A stretch of DNA of 64,000 nucleotides from the human T2T-CHM13v2.0 reference genome, Homo sapiens, in assembly GCF_009914755.1 (NCBI RefSeq), contig NC_060926.1; one strand, 5' to 3'. Made by a program: the position numbers and the translations under genes. Position 1 is the first letter of the stretch. The number at the start of each line of letters is the position of its first letter. Below the pieces are notes generated by a model. The model saw only the letters and a program-made list of their open reading frames with translations, did not search any database and was not told the origin of the DNA. Below, in pieces: positions 13,083-26,399 of this stretch.

Positions 13083-13427
13083 TGCCCTAATCAGTTTGGG
13101 TTGTTGTAACAGATACCATGGACTGGATGACTTAAACATTTATTTCTCATAGTTCCGGAGGCTAGGAAGTCCAGGTTCTAGGTGCTGGCAGATGGTGTCT
13201 GGTGAAAGCTCCTTTTTTTGCAGATGGCCTTCTAGTTGTAGTCTCACATGGGAAAGACTGGATATCATCTCTCATATACTTTTTCTTATAAGGACATTAA
13301 TCTCATTCATGAGAGCTCCACCTTCATGAACTAATCACCTCCCAAAGATATTACCTCCTAATACCATCACATTGTGAGTTAGGATTTCAGCATATTAATT
13401 TTGTGGGAACACAAACAGAACATAATA
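13083..13427 (-). mobile_element. MLT1A-type MaLR solo LTR
   Basis: Antisense MLT1A (atttatttctcatagttccggaggctaggaagtcc...ctaatcacctcccaaag); perfect TSD CTGAG at 13078-13082 and 13428-13432. Confidence 0.88.
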
Positions 13428-13457
13428 CTGAGACAACAACAATTTTATGTTGACTGC

Positions 13458-13871
13458 TGTATTAGGTGGTTCTTATATTGCTACAAATAAATACCTGAAA
13501 CTGGATAATTTATAAAGAAAAGAGGTTTAATTGTCATGGTTCTGCACACTGTGCAGGAAGCACTGTGCCAGCATCTGCTCTGCTTCTGGTGAGGCCTCAG
13601 GGAGCTTTTAATCACGGTGGAAGGTAAAGTGGGAGCAGGCACTTTACATGGCAGAAGGGAGGCAAGAGAGAAGGGGAAGATGCTATACACTTTCAAACGA
13701 CTAGATCTCCTGAGAACTCACTCACTATCTCGAGATCTCGAGAACAGCTCCCAGGCATGAGGGATCCACCCACAAGACCCAAACATCTCCCATCAGGCCC
13801 CACCTCCAACATTGGGGATTGATTACATTGTAGCATGAGACTGAGGTGGGCTAAATATCCAAACCATATCA
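13458..13871 (-). mobile_element. MSTA-like MaLR solo LTR
   Basis: tgtattagg...ataatttataaagaaaagaggtttaattg...ccaaaccatatca; TSD ACTGC/AATGC (1 mismatch). Confidence 0.9.
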
Positions 13872-13979
13872 AATGCTAATTTGAGTGTTATAAGGCTTGG
13901 TGATGAAATTGTGCTGAAACACCCACTAGCGAGCACCTATCTTTACCGATACATTTAATATAACATCATGACTTCTGAA

Positions 13980-14120
13980 CTAGTTGTGTAACTTTGGGCA
14001 AGTTGTTTAATCTATCTGTGCATCAATGACTCCTTTTCTCATAGTATTTTTATGAAAATAAAATGAGATAATATATGTCAATTTGCTCAGTGCAGGGCTG
14101 AGCACATAAGAACTCAATTT
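13980..14120 (+). mobile_element. MIR SINE
   Basis: tgtgtaactttgggcaagttgtttaatct...aaatgagataatatatg. Confidence 0.7.
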
Positions 14121-14788
14121 GTACATACACTGCATATACTTACATTTTAACATACATAGTATTTATAAAAAATTGAGTATCTTCAAAAATGTATTACTCA
14201 TCAACAAAGTCATTTAGGAACACATGAACATGGGACAAAAGTCAATTTTTAAATACGTTACCACAGTTATTTCCAAAATCTCATAAATATGTGCTGCTTA
14301 TGTCAGAGTACAAGACCATATAAATCCTCTGGCTTATAATCATTGAAGGCAGCGGTGACGCAAAATCACATGGTGTAATGTCTGGGGGGCTGGATAGCCA
14401 CTATTCCCAAGGCAGGTTCATGTACTTCATGTTTGGACCAGAATGTTGGCTAGTAAAGCTGCCTAGAAAATGTTCCTTAAGGGATCCTGGACTGTGTGAT
14501 GAGAATGAGGTGGTCTCATTCTACCAGAAAATGAAACAGAGACTTCCTGTATCACTCCACCATTTGGTTGAAATATATTATTATTGTTACCATGTTCTCA
14601 AATAAATAAAGATCATTGCAGCAATGAATTGTGTGCAATAAAAGACATTCCATTTTTGCAAATCCTTTATGTGTTCTTTAGTCACAGAAACAAATTTTAT
14701 AAATGTCCACACAACAACACAGAAAATTGGAAATCGAAGGGCAACGCTACAGCAGTTTGGTGCTGATTACATATCTACATTTGGATTC

Positions 14789-15094
14789 TTTTTTTTTTTT
14801 TTTTTTTTTTTTTAATGAGACAGGGTCTCACTTTGTCACTGAGGCTGGAGTGCAGTGGTACAACCTCAACTACCCAGGCTCAAGCAGTCCTCCTACCTCA
14901 GCCTCCCAAGTAGCTGAGACTACAGGAGCAGGCTACTTGGGAGGCTACTACATGTGGCTAATTTTTGTATTTTTCGTAGAGACAGGGTTTCGCCATGTCA
15001 CCCAGGCTGGTCTCGAACTCGTGATCTCAGGAGATCCACCTGCCTCTGAATCCCAAAGTGCTGGGATTACAGGTGTGAGCTACTATGCCTGGCC
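14789..15094 (-). mobile_element. AluJ (Jb-like) with a small deletion and an inverted micro-insertion
   Basis: Poly(T) then gagacagggtctcact...ctcaagcagtcctcc...atgcctggcc; flanking tacatatctacat/tacatgtctacat repeat. Confidence 0.95.
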
Positions 15095-16321
15095 TACATG
15101 TCTACATATAACATTAGTTCTGAGAAACACGTTCTGAAGGTAATTTAGAGATGTATCATGAATGACCATTTACTTCAAAGTAAACAATTACCTCTCATTG
15201 AAGGGGCATATTTTTTGAGATTTTCACCATTGTTTTTGAAAAAACTAATGAGAAGAAGGACATCTATACCATTTGGCAAAGGCACTAGATTATATTCTAA
15301 GTTCTGGACCTAAGGTCTTGAGAGTTGGGTAAGAATTAGGGGAAAAGGCCTGTGATAGTTATAATTTTCTCTAAGAATTACAAGAAAATCAGATATAGTG
15401 ATGCTATGTCATACCCTTAAGGAGGGATTTAAACAAGGGTGGTCATATTTGAGGTAAGGTGGTTTCGATGAATGAAGGAGAAATCAAACTGAACTGTAAA
15501 GATGAAAGATTCAAAAGTCATTGGCCACTTGGAAATAGGACCAGGGCTTTGTGAGTGACTACACAAATGAGAGCCTTAACTGGAAAATAGTACTTTTTCC
15601 CCCCCCTCATTTCTCATACAATCCACTTAGAATGATAGTGAAGACGTAGGATAGAATAGCTATGGTTTTTAACCACTGGTTTACAAGACTACCTCTTCTT
15701 TCACTCTTCAGTATTGTTTGAAGAAGGCAAAAATATATTTAAACCCTATTTCTATTTTCACAACCAAAAAATAAAATCTACAACCCCCCTCTTATCTCCC
15801 CAAACAGATCAGCTTGTATTTTTATTAACATCATTTACAGTTCTCAGTTTCCTAGTCACAAGTCACATTTTCATGTTGTTATATTCTAAGATTATTAGAT
15901 GGAGTGAACTAAAGCAGAGCTTTGATCTTGCCCTAAGGGCTCTGAGAGTAATTCCATTTTATCCTTTTTCTTTGTTTGGAGCTCCTCAGCCCTGCTGCTT
16001 CAGCTCCAGCTGTTTCTTGTCATATCTCTGAAGTCAATTTGCTGTCAATGTCTGAGATTTAAGAGTTATTCAAATGCTTATGAAAATTTCAATCTTGCTT
16101 GTCTTTCTCACCAATTATGATGTTCATAATTCTATATAAAGACCAATTAAAATTTGTATAAACTCTGTGTTATAATTTCAGTAACTGTTTTTGGGATGCT
16201 TTTTCAATTTGTTAAGATTTTTGCATTTTGCTTTCAAGAATTTCCAGGAGTCCTTGCTATGCTACTTCATTTCTCTCTTAGTCCACATATTTGGTTGTCA
16301 TTAATTGCAGAATGAGTTATC

Positions 16322-16650
16322 ATTTTTTTAAATTTTATGGGTACATAGTAGGTGTATATATTTATGGAGTACATGAGATGTTTTGATATAGGCTTGCAAT
16401 GTGAAATAAGCACATTCAGGAGAATGGGTTATTCATCCCCTCAAGCATTTATCCTTCAAATTCCAAACAATCCAATTACATCCTTTAAGTTATTTTAAAA
16501 TTGTAGAAGTTATTGTACAATTAAGTTATTATTGACTATAGTCACCCTATGGTGCTGTTAAATAGTAGGTCTTATTCATTCACTCTATTTTATTTTGTAC
16601 CTGCTAACCATCCCCACCTCCTCCTGAGCCCCCAAATACCCTTCTAGTAT
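16322..16650 (-). mobile_element. L1MA-type 3' end
   Basis: gggtacatagtaggtgtatatatttatggagtacatgag...cctcaagcatttatcc...tattgactatagtcaccct. Confidence 0.85.
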
Positions 16651-18414
16651 GTATTACACTCTTATGGCTCGATAGTTATGGACTCTTCTCCACGTTCTAT
16701 TCCACATTTTAAGACTATCAGACCAATTTAGACTAAGAGATTTCCTTCACTAGTCATCCGAATGCTTCAACACTTCTTTATTTCTCATCTATCCTTTTTT
16801 ACAGGTATATTCATAATTCTCTTTTTAGTCATGGCTTAAATGTGCTGAAACAGTGGCTTAACACATCACATTTAAGCTCTATCATCTCCACATCACATTA
16901 CCAGACATTGATAAAGCCTTAAAACTGCAAGTGTCTCCAATATTTTTTCCCAAAGGCTACTTTACGACCATAAAAGCTACCCAAAAATTGAAAGAAAAGG
17001 TAATGAAACAATATTCTCTTTCAAGACTCCTCCCTCTCACTTTCTCCCTTCCAATTACCAAGAGTGTTTGTGTTTAATATGAATCTTAAGGTTGTCATAT
17101 TATATTGATGATAATCTAGCCTATGAGGACCTCAGAGGTTTGAGCAAGAGAGGGAAGTCCAGTTTAATATCAGTTACCTGAGGAAAATAAGAACACCAAT
17201 GAAGAACTGTAACCATGGAAACCTATGACTTTGAAGCCAAAGACTTGTGCATGGTAGAGAATAAATGGATGCTCTGCCTAGTGGAAGTAAGGGTGTGGTA
17301 GGAGGATGCCATGTATTTAACAATAGATTGGAAATGAGAAAAATACATATGGCAAAACATATATTCTAGATTTATGTTACCCTGTGTGTGCCTTTTGCTT
17401 TGGTTATCCTTTAGCTTTCAGCAAATTCTTTAAATGAGCGCCTTTTCTAAACAACATTTTTGAATTGAAAGCATCATATATGTCTAAGCTTAGACTCATA
17501 TCTTTAAACAAAAGAACAAGAGTTGAAGATCTATGAAATAGACAGTAGGAATCAGTAACATTCATCCGGAGGTGGTGGATCTTCAGAGAGAAATTGGTGT
17601 TGTATAATGTAGCCTTCTCCACATGGCAATTATGCTGCTTATTAGAAGTTCTGAGGCTCATTGTTACTAAAAACAAACAGACAAAACTTTAATTTGTAGG
17701 AAGACCTAAAGAAAAGGATAAAGGATCAAATTACAGACAGTGAGTTGTAGCAGAATAAAACTGTAGCAGCCAGGTGAATTTGCAGTATATTAGAGGACCA
17801 AGAACCTATTACCTTCAACACGCACAAAGAAAATGCTGCATCAATGTTTGTTGACCTGCTTCTGAAAGACCTCTATTGTTCCTTTCGCCTCTCCTTGTTC
17901 TTCCATTTGTCTCATGGAATCTCTTTTCACACAGAACCCTCTCTGGATACCAGCGTCGCCTGGATGGAACAAGTGATATTTACAGTCAATTCTCCAGTAC
18001 TAAAGGTCATATATCCCATTTCTGCTTTTACCTCTAATGGCCCATGTAGTTATAGGTGGCTCTAAAAATGTACTGTCGTGTAGCCTTGCTGGCAAGTGTC
18101 TTTCCAATGAGGAATATGATGTCTAAGTTAAAGACATTTCTAAAACACTGCCCTTGTCAGGATATTTACAGAAATCTTAAAAAAAGGTCATTATATAAAA
18201 CAACAAAACAATTTTTTAGGTGAACTACACAAAAACACACATTATTTTCATATTTTTCACATAGTGTCATCTCTTCTTGATAGCCCTGGAACTCCACTGA
18301 GCAATTATTTTAACATTAGACTAGATATGAATGGTTTGTGATTTTTGGCTTAATTTAAACTGATCTGAAAACATACCCTAGAACACTCTTAATCCAGTAG
18401 CTAAAATCTTCATA

Positions 18415-18580
18415 GCATCATGATTAAAATGTAGGTCCTGATATTAGTTCCTCCTCACCTCTAGTCCACTGCTTTATCAGTTTTCTTGGGTAAGTTACTT
18501 AAACATCTGTGTTTTGCTTTCTTCAAATGGGTTACAAAAATGCTGCATACATGGTAAGTGCTCAATAAATATTTGTTGAT
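18415..18580 (+). mobile_element. MIR / L2-tail fragment
   Basis: cttgggtaagttacttaaac...catggtaagtgctcaataaatatttgttga. Confidence 0.55.
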
Positions 18581-19919
18581 TTCATATAATAGCAGTTAAA
18601 TTTCATGTCATTTTCCCTCACATATGTAACTTCATCATGGCTATGTAATAAAACTATGTGCATAAATAATTGTCAAATAAAGCACCAGAATGATCTATTC
18701 TTAAGCCTTCTTTCATCAAAAGATGTAAATTAAATTTTGACCTATTGATGTGTTTTCCATGAGAAGGGGCTATGTAGGGTTGTTTGAAAAAAAATGCAGG
18801 TCACATGGACTATACAAAGGTTAGCTGTGGGTGTCCTCCAGATACCTCGGTCATGTGATACCTACTTTTGGAATGGTTGAAAGTGAGGCCTTGCCGGATG
18901 CCCTTTATCCAGAGATGTATACCTAAACTCCTTAAGGCAAGGTTTTTTTGTTGTTGTTGTCTCTTTTTTTCACTGTCCCCCAACAATGCCTATAAAATTA
19001 CCTGGTTTATAATGGTACATAAATATGTGTTGCATAAAGGATATGCAATATCATTAAGACTGTGTACTGAAAAGATTGTCATTGATTTTAAATAAGAGCC
19101 ACAAATGAAAGTCTTACAGTCAGATGCTCTGTTTTTGAAAATTGCTTCTTAAAGGAGCAACTCCCAATGTAGTACATTCCAGGTGGAAGTGCAGTGGGTC
19201 TCCACTGATTAGACAACTGTTAAGTAATGTTTTTCCTAAAAGACACTATTTGCAGATGATATAACTGTATTATGAACTATGTAAGAACCTTTAGCAGTAC
19301 CTGGAATTTTTAGCAAGGTCATCCATCAGGAAAGTCAGGAAAACACCCTTAAATTCTAAGAAATAGAATAATAAAAGCAAGGCAATATGATTATTTAAGA
19401 CTAAAAAAATCAAAATAAAGGGGGGAAAGGTTTTATATCAAAATAAGAAAAAGCTATCTAAGTGGGAACAGGCATCACAGTAACAGAATTTTCCGGTTGC
19501 ATGGCTGCCATTCTTCAGTCTCTCTCCTCTAGAAAACTGGCTCAATGTTGTAGAAATATAAAACTTTAGAAAATAAGAACCTTAACCGTTTTCCACTGTG
19601 CTCTTTCAGGCAAATAGAGGTACAAACAATCTTGGACCATGAAGTTTCATTAATATTTGTCTTATAGATTTGTAAGTGCTAATATTTTCTCAAAGTGTTA
19701 CCTTTTATTTTCCTTTTTTGTGCACAACCCAATTCAATCAATCAATGAATTTACCTTAATAGAAATAAAAGAGAAAGAAAGGGTTAAAACACTTTGCAGA
19801 ATACCCCAAAAACATATAACAAAATGTATCATGATGACAAATAACAGGATAAATGTCTGTAACAATCATATGTTTCCTATTTATAGAATTGACAAAAACA
19901 ATATTTACTGTTAATGAGG

Positions 19920-20470
19920 GATAGTGACACAGAGGTATTTATAAAACCTCTGTAGGAATGCAAAGTGGTACATACTTTCTGAAATCAATTTGATAACCTG
20001 TGAAAAATCTAAAATACTACACTTCCTTTTATCCAGAAAATTCATTTATATTTATCCATTTACTAAGGAAATAATCTGGAATTATGTCAAAGTTTCTTGC
20101 ACAAAGATAACCATAATAACTTTATATTGCAAATATTTGAATGTAATCTATAAAATGAAAATTAGATGTTATATTTATTTTTTAATATTTATTGCCATAT
20201 CATGTTTAGAATGATTCTAATTCAATCATTGAATGCAAATGAATAATTAAGTTAAACATAGCTCATATATATAAGAAATACTGTATATCTTGAAATTATA
20301 TAAAAATTTGTATGTACTTATCTTGGAAAATGCTTTTATTGTTAAATGGAGACACCAGGAATTATAGTTCAGTAAATTATTATTTAATACAAATGTACAG
20401 AAGAAAATAATAGATGATAAATAAATTATGAAATGTTGAAAGCTGTTGCCTTTGGGTAAAATAATAGGAA
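19920..20470 (+). mobile_element. L1ME-type 3' fragments
   Basis: ggaatgcaaagtggtacatactttctgaaatcaatttg and further degenerate L1 3' text. Confidence 0.5.
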
Positions 20471-20499
20471 TGATCATTGAGAGCACACTCCATAGAACA

Positions 20500-22718
20500 A
20501 GAGCGTAATATACACTATGTATATTTTCAACAGAATTTGTACCATGATAGACCATATTTTGAGCTACAGAATAAAGCTAAGTACATTTCCAAATGATTTA
20601 AGCAGTAAAAATATAACATACAAAAATTGTTAAATAATAAAACAGAATAATATTAGGAATGTATGTTAGAAATACATCTAAACATTTATAAATATTAGAA
20701 ACAAATAATATATTTATAAATAATCAACAGACTAAAGAGAAAATAAAAATTAAAATTAGAAAGTATTTGGGACTGGATATAAAAACTTAACATTCAAAAT
20801 TTCTCGTATACAGGTAAAGCAGTAGCTAAAAGGAAATTTACAGCACGTAAAACTTCTGTCAAAAACCAAGAAAAATTTCTAGTCAATTACCTGATGTTCC
20901 ACCTAAAGAAACTAAAGAAGCCAAATTAAATATAAAATAAAAGAAAAAGGATATAATATAATAAAGATAATAATGCAAAGTAATGACCTATAAACCCAAA
21001 AAACAGGAATATCTGTGAAGCCAAATGGTTTTTTTTTTAGAAGATCAGTAAACTTGATAAGCCTCTAATCAGACTAATCAGGAGGAAAACTAGAGAGAAA
21101 CACAAGTTATTAATATTAAAAATGAGAGACGTAACATAATGACAGATCTACAGATATTCAAAGAAAGACCTAAATATATGGAGAGAGATAGCATGTTTAT
21201 GGATCAGAAAATTTAATTTTTTAAGCTGTGAAGTCTCCCCAAATGACTTCTAGATTCAGTGCAATCCTAATCAAATCAAATCAATTTTAATATGAGTCAA
21301 TACACTGATTCTAAAATTGGTATGGAAATCCAAAGGATGTAGGATAGATAAAACAATTAAAGAAAAGTTTGAAAGATTTACCCTATGGATTTAAATCCTT
21401 ATTATAATCAACATAGACAAATAGATCAATTGAGGTGGAGAAAGAATCCTGAATCAAAAAACATTAATTGATTTTTATAAAATTGCAAATTCAATTGGTG
21501 AAGAAAGTACAATCTGACTAGAAAAAAGTGAACACTTACACATATTTTGTAGTATACATAAAAATTAACTAAAATAAATAACAGATCTACATGTAAAATC
21601 TAAAATTATAAAACACATTGAATAATACATAGGAAAAACTATTTGTGACCTTGGGTTAAGCAAAGAATTCTTAAGACACCAAAAGCATGATCCATTAAAG
21701 AAAAAAGTGATACATTAGACTTCATCAAAATTAAGAATTTCTGCTCTTAGAAAATGAAAAGACAAGCCGCAGGCCAGAAGACTACAATTGTAAATTATAT
21801 ATCTAATAGAGAATTTGTATGAATAATATATATATTTTTAAATCTCAAATCTCAAGAAGAGAAGCAATTTAATTTAAGAAATACGCAAAAGATTTGAATG
21901 GACACTTCATGAAGGTAATTGTAAAGCCAATGAAAAGATGTGTAACATCATTAATCAGCTGAAAAATGCAAACTAAAACCACAATGAGTTACCACTACAT
22001 ATCAATCAATTTAAATGTCTAAAAAAGATTGACCATAGCAAATTGTACTAGTGATGTGGAATAAATGGAACTCTTCCATTTCTTAAGGGAATATAAAATG
22101 GTACAACCATTTTGGTACAAATCTGACAGAGTTTTTACATAGTTAAACATATCCTCATTTTATTACTTGGTATTTACTCAAGAGAAATTGAAGTACATGT
22201 CCATGCAAAACTTATAACTTGAATGTTTATAGCAACTTTAATTGTAACAGGCAAATATTCAAAACCACAAAAGTGTTCATCAACAAATGAATGAATAGCA
22301 AATTGTAAAATATTCACACATTAATACAATACTCAGCAATAAAAGAAAATGACCATTTATATGTGCAACGTATACACATAGATGAATCTTGGAATAATTA
22401 TATTGACTAAACAAAGCCAGGCAAAAGATAACGCATAGTATATTATTTCATTTGTATAAAATTCTAGCAAATGCAAATTAATTTAAACTGATTCAACACA
22501 GATTACTTATTGCCTGGGGATAGAGAGTACATGGAGGGAAGGGATAGAGGGATTACAAATGGGCAAAAAGGATCTATCCTGTGTGATGGACATATTTATT
22601 ATCTTGATTTGTTATGTTTTTATAGGTGTTTACATATGTCAACCTTAGGAAATCGACACTTTATATATAAGCAGTGTGTTGTAATTGCATTATACCTCAA
22701 TACATCTATTTTTTTAAA
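20500..22718 (+). mobile_element. L1MD-like LINE, fragmented ORF2 to 3' UTR
   Basis: A-rich L1 ORF2 remnants (agacttcatcaaaattaagaatttctgctc; aaaccacaatgag); MD-like 3' end gggattacaaatgggc...ttatacctcaata; no open frame. Confidence 0.8.
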
Positions 22719-22739
22719 GAAGCCATATTATGCTTAGAA

Positions 22740-24126
22740 AAGAATAGAGTGGGCTTGTTCCATCCAGACTTTTTATAATGTTACTCTAAATAAGATAGTG
22801 TGATATTCCTGTAAAGATAGACAAATAGAGCAGTGGAATAAAATAGAGAGCCCAGAAAAAGACCTGAGCATATGTGGCATGTTTATTTATAAAAAGAGTG
22901 CTACTCCAAAGCTGGGTAAGGGAAGTATGTTTCAATAAATCATGCTGGGACATTTTATATCCATAAAAGTAAAAATAAAATTTGGCTTCTGCCTCATGTC
23001 ACTCAAAAAATATTTTATGCAGATAATAAATCAAAATATAAAAGACAAAACAATAAAATATCTGGAGGGCAATACAGGAGAATATGTTTATGACCTAAAT
23101 AGGTAAAATATTTATCAAACAAAACAAAAACACTAATAAATAAGTTCAGATGAATGAATTAGACTATATATAATAAGACTGTTCATCAAAAGACTCAAAA
23201 GTTCATCAAAAGGATAATGAAAAGTTGATCAAACTCACCAGTAATCAGGAAAATAAAACCACAATGGGATACTACCACATACCTGCTAGAATGACTGAAA
23301 TTTAACAGTCTAACAGGCAATGGGAACTCTCATATACTGCTGGGGAGGGCTGCACATTGGTAGTATTACCTTGGAAAAGTATTTTACATTATCCACTAGA
23401 GTTGAGTTGATTAGGTACATACTCTATAAATTAGCAATTTCATTTCAAAGTATATATACTCAAGTTGTGGTGTGCCCAAATCAGCTAGTACTGCCTTCTG
23501 AGAGCCAGCTGTTAAATTTTCAGAAAGTTTTTGATCCTACTCTTGGACTAATGGTAGCTTGAAATTGGTCACAATGATAGTATTTACCTTAGAATTTTGT
23601 AGAATACTGTAAATGAAGGCTCTTCCCCAGCCCCTGGAGAACCAGTATTTAATATGTGTGCCAAAATACATTAAAGTGATGCTTATAGTAATATCATTTG
23701 CAATAGCCTCAACCTGGAAACAACTCGTATGTCCATCTAAGGCAAAAATGATAAATAAATTGTAGTATATGCACACATTGGAATATTCTATGCAATAAAA
23801 ATGATGCACTACAACTACATATAGCCATAATAACGATTATAATAAAAACAAGCTAGTAATATCAGGTCTTAATATGTGCCAGGATACCTCTCTCATGCTC
23901 TCTCTCTCTCCCTTCTCCTCATTGCTCTTTATACATCTATATCTAAATTTGTATGTGTTTATCTTTAGAAAAAATAATGTAAGACTACATACTAAAATGT
24001 TATCTTTGTGTGATGGCATTATGGGTTATTATTCCCTTTTTCTTTATATCTTATTTCTTTCATACTGATAAAATATTGCTTTATAATCAGGAAAAACAAT
24101 ATGATTTCCTTTGTTTTAAAAATAAA
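22740..24126 (+). mobile_element. L1ME-like LINE 3' fragment interrupted by MER63A
   Basis: gatagacaaatagagcagtggaataaaatagagagcccagaaa; aacctggaaacaactcgtatgtccatc; ME-type tail. Confidence 0.7.
23465..23672 (+). mobile_element. MER63A-like hAT DNA transposon
   Basis: gtggtgtgc...gagagccagctgttaaattttcag...ggtagcttgaaattgg...gtatttac resembles MER63. Confidence 0.7.
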
Positions 24127-24339
24127 ATATGTAGTTGTAGTGCATCATTTTATTGCCATGAAATATTCCAGTGTATGCATATACCACAATTTATGTATCA
24201 GTTCTGCTTTAGATGGACATATGAGTAGTTTCCAGGTTGAGGCTATTGCAAATAATATTACTACAGGCATTGCTTTAATGTATTTTGGTATGCATATTAA
24301 GTACTGGGTATCCAGGGGCCAGGGAAGAGCTTTCATTTA
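23610..24339. repeat. Inverted duplication, arms 23610-23822 and 24127-24339
   Basis: Manual alignment of ~213 bp gives ~25 mismatches and 2 indels (~87% identity); also visible as similar ORF translations on opposite strands. Confidence 0.95.
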
Positions 24340-24399
24340 TGTATGGTCCTAATAGTGGGGGTATAATTTTTTTAATTGCTCAGATGATATTGATGAAGC

Positions 24400-24590
24400 T
24401 GCTGGAGTCAGATGGGCTGGATCTGAAATCTGATGTATGTCTTACAAGATGTGTGATCCTGTACAAGTTATTTAACTACTGAGGTTTGTTTCCTCCAACT
24501 GTAAAATTGGAATAATGATACCGTCTATGTCACAGGGTTAGTATGAGGATATACATGCCTCGCATAGTGATCAGCAGAGAATATGAATAC
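24400..24590 (+). mobile_element. MIR SINE
   Basis: ctggagtcagatgggctggatctgaaatc...ctgtaaaattggaataatg. Confidence 0.75.
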
Positions 24591-25574
24591 ACTGTGTTTT
24601 ATCTAGTATGTTGATGTATGTTTCCTTCCTGCTCTTTTAAGGCAGTTTTTAGTCTACTAGAAGATCCTCTAAAATCTTTTTGGGTGCTTTAATAAAGATG
24701 GAACACCTGTGTAATTAATAAGATACTGTGGACATTTAGCTAATAAGCACAAGTAATGAAACTCTTTATTACTATTTGAGGGCCACCAAAAGTGGAGGGT
24801 TTAATTATAATTTTCTGTATTTGAGTTTATTTAAAGAATTTTTCACAATTTTATGTGTGTGTTTAATTTATTTACCTGCTTTAAGTCTTTGAAATGAGGG
24901 AATATTGTGTTCACTGACACTTACATAGAACTCTTAGAGAAATAATTAAGGCTGGTTTTCTATTACATTGGCAATCTTGGGTAATTATCTCCTTTTTCTC
25001 TATTTTCTATAGCTTTCTGTTTTGAACAGACACAGCCTGTTGAGTGAGTTTACTATGAAGGGAAAGTTACTCATCATCATGTGTGCAATTTAGGTTCTGT
25101 GAGCGTAATCTCTGACTCATTAAATGCCACATCCACATTTTAACTGAGAGAGTGCCTTTAACTTTATTTAGTCAAGAAGTTGCTAATTAAACCTCCTTGA
25201 TCTTTGTCACACAGATATCTCACCGGGGTGCATAAATATTATTTTGAAGCCTTCACGTTCCTTCCTATATTAGGTATAATACTCCACTCATAACATTACG
25301 AAAGAAAAAGAAGTATTCTAATATTGTATGTTTTTACCTATGTCTGCCTATCATAAAAATGAGAATTTTGAAATCCTGTCATAGAAGCAGATTTTGAAAG
25401 ATTTCTCTTAATGTGCAGGAAATATGGTTTGGGTTTTCTTTTATTTTGATTTGTTTTCTGATAGTTTTTTATTTTTATTATTATTATTTTTTGTCCATAG
25501 AATCATTTAGGACTTCAGTGACTACATTTTAAAGAGCATGAAATTTCAGATAATATGATACTAATAATTTTTTA

Positions 25575-25960
25575 AAAGTAACAAGTGTTAGGATATGGAG
25601 AAATTGAAGCCCTCATATACTTCTGATGGAATGTAAAATTGTTCAGCTGTTTTGGAAAGCAGTTTGGTGACACCTCCAAAGTTAAACAAAATTACCATAT
25701 GACCCTGCAATTCCATTCCTGGGCATACACCCCAAAGATTTGAAAACAGATACTCAAAAAAGCACGTGTGCATATATTCATAGTAACACTGTTCACAGCC
25801 AAGATATAGAATCAACCTAAGTCTCTCAACAGATTAGTAGATGAAAAAAATGTGGTATATATATACAATGGTATACTATTCAGCCACTAAAAAGAATAAA
25901 ATCCTGAGACAACATTGGTAACCTTGGAAGACATGTTAAGTGAAATAAGCCAGGCACATA
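25575..25960 (+). mobile_element. L1MA/MB-type 3' fragment
   Basis: ggatatggagaaattgaagccctcatatac...aattaccatatgaccctgcaattccattcctggg...ttaagtgaaataagccaggcac. Confidence 0.85.
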
Positions 25961-26159
25961 GAGTGAAAACCAATTTTACATTTAACAGTCTAGATTTTTT
26001 CAACATTCCACTTTAATATACTATTTCATGATTATTTAAGGATTATTGTTTCTATTTCATTAACCATTTTTCTTACATTATTATTTGAAGGGTCACCAGA
26101 GTATAATTGATTATTTCTCTTTCTTTTATTGTTTACATTGTTGAAATGCAGATACTTAG

Positions 26160-26340
26160 TGGAGTTTAATGGTTATAAGGCCACCTTCAGTTTCTGAACT
26201 CTCTGTTCAAATCCCAGCTCTGTATCTTATAAACAGTGTGACTTTGATAAAGTTACTTCACCTCTTTGTGCCTCAGTTACTCATAAGTAAAATAAGAGCT
26301 GCATTATAAGAGCTATAGAGGGCCGTTGTGATGATGTTAT
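26160..26340 (+). mobile_element. MIR SINE
   Basis: gttcaaatcccagctctg...gtgactttgataaagttacttcacctctttgtgcctcagtt. Confidence 0.75.
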
Positions 26341-26348
26341 ACATATTT

Positions 26349-26355
26349 TATATAT

Positions 26356-26390
<35 letters not shown>

Positions 26391-26397
26391 TATATAT
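26349..26397. repeat. (TA)n(CA)n compound microsatellite
   Basis: Read directly. Confidence 0.9.
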
Positions 26398-26399
26398 GC

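Noticed and set aside
14345-14690. GC-richer block with TGACGCAA that may be an old DNA element or LTR (similar blocks at 58070-58400 and 62990-63280)
   Set aside because: Could not assign a family or termini from sequence alone
14703-15137. 144-aa ORF and similar ORFs at 2804, 31699, 32609, 43019, 44396, 50709 and 59536
   Set aside because: Typical translations of Alu sequence
23537-24352. Two similar ORFs on opposite strands suggesting paralogous small genes
   Set aside because: The similarity comes from the inverted duplication of MER63A/L1 sequence; no coding signal
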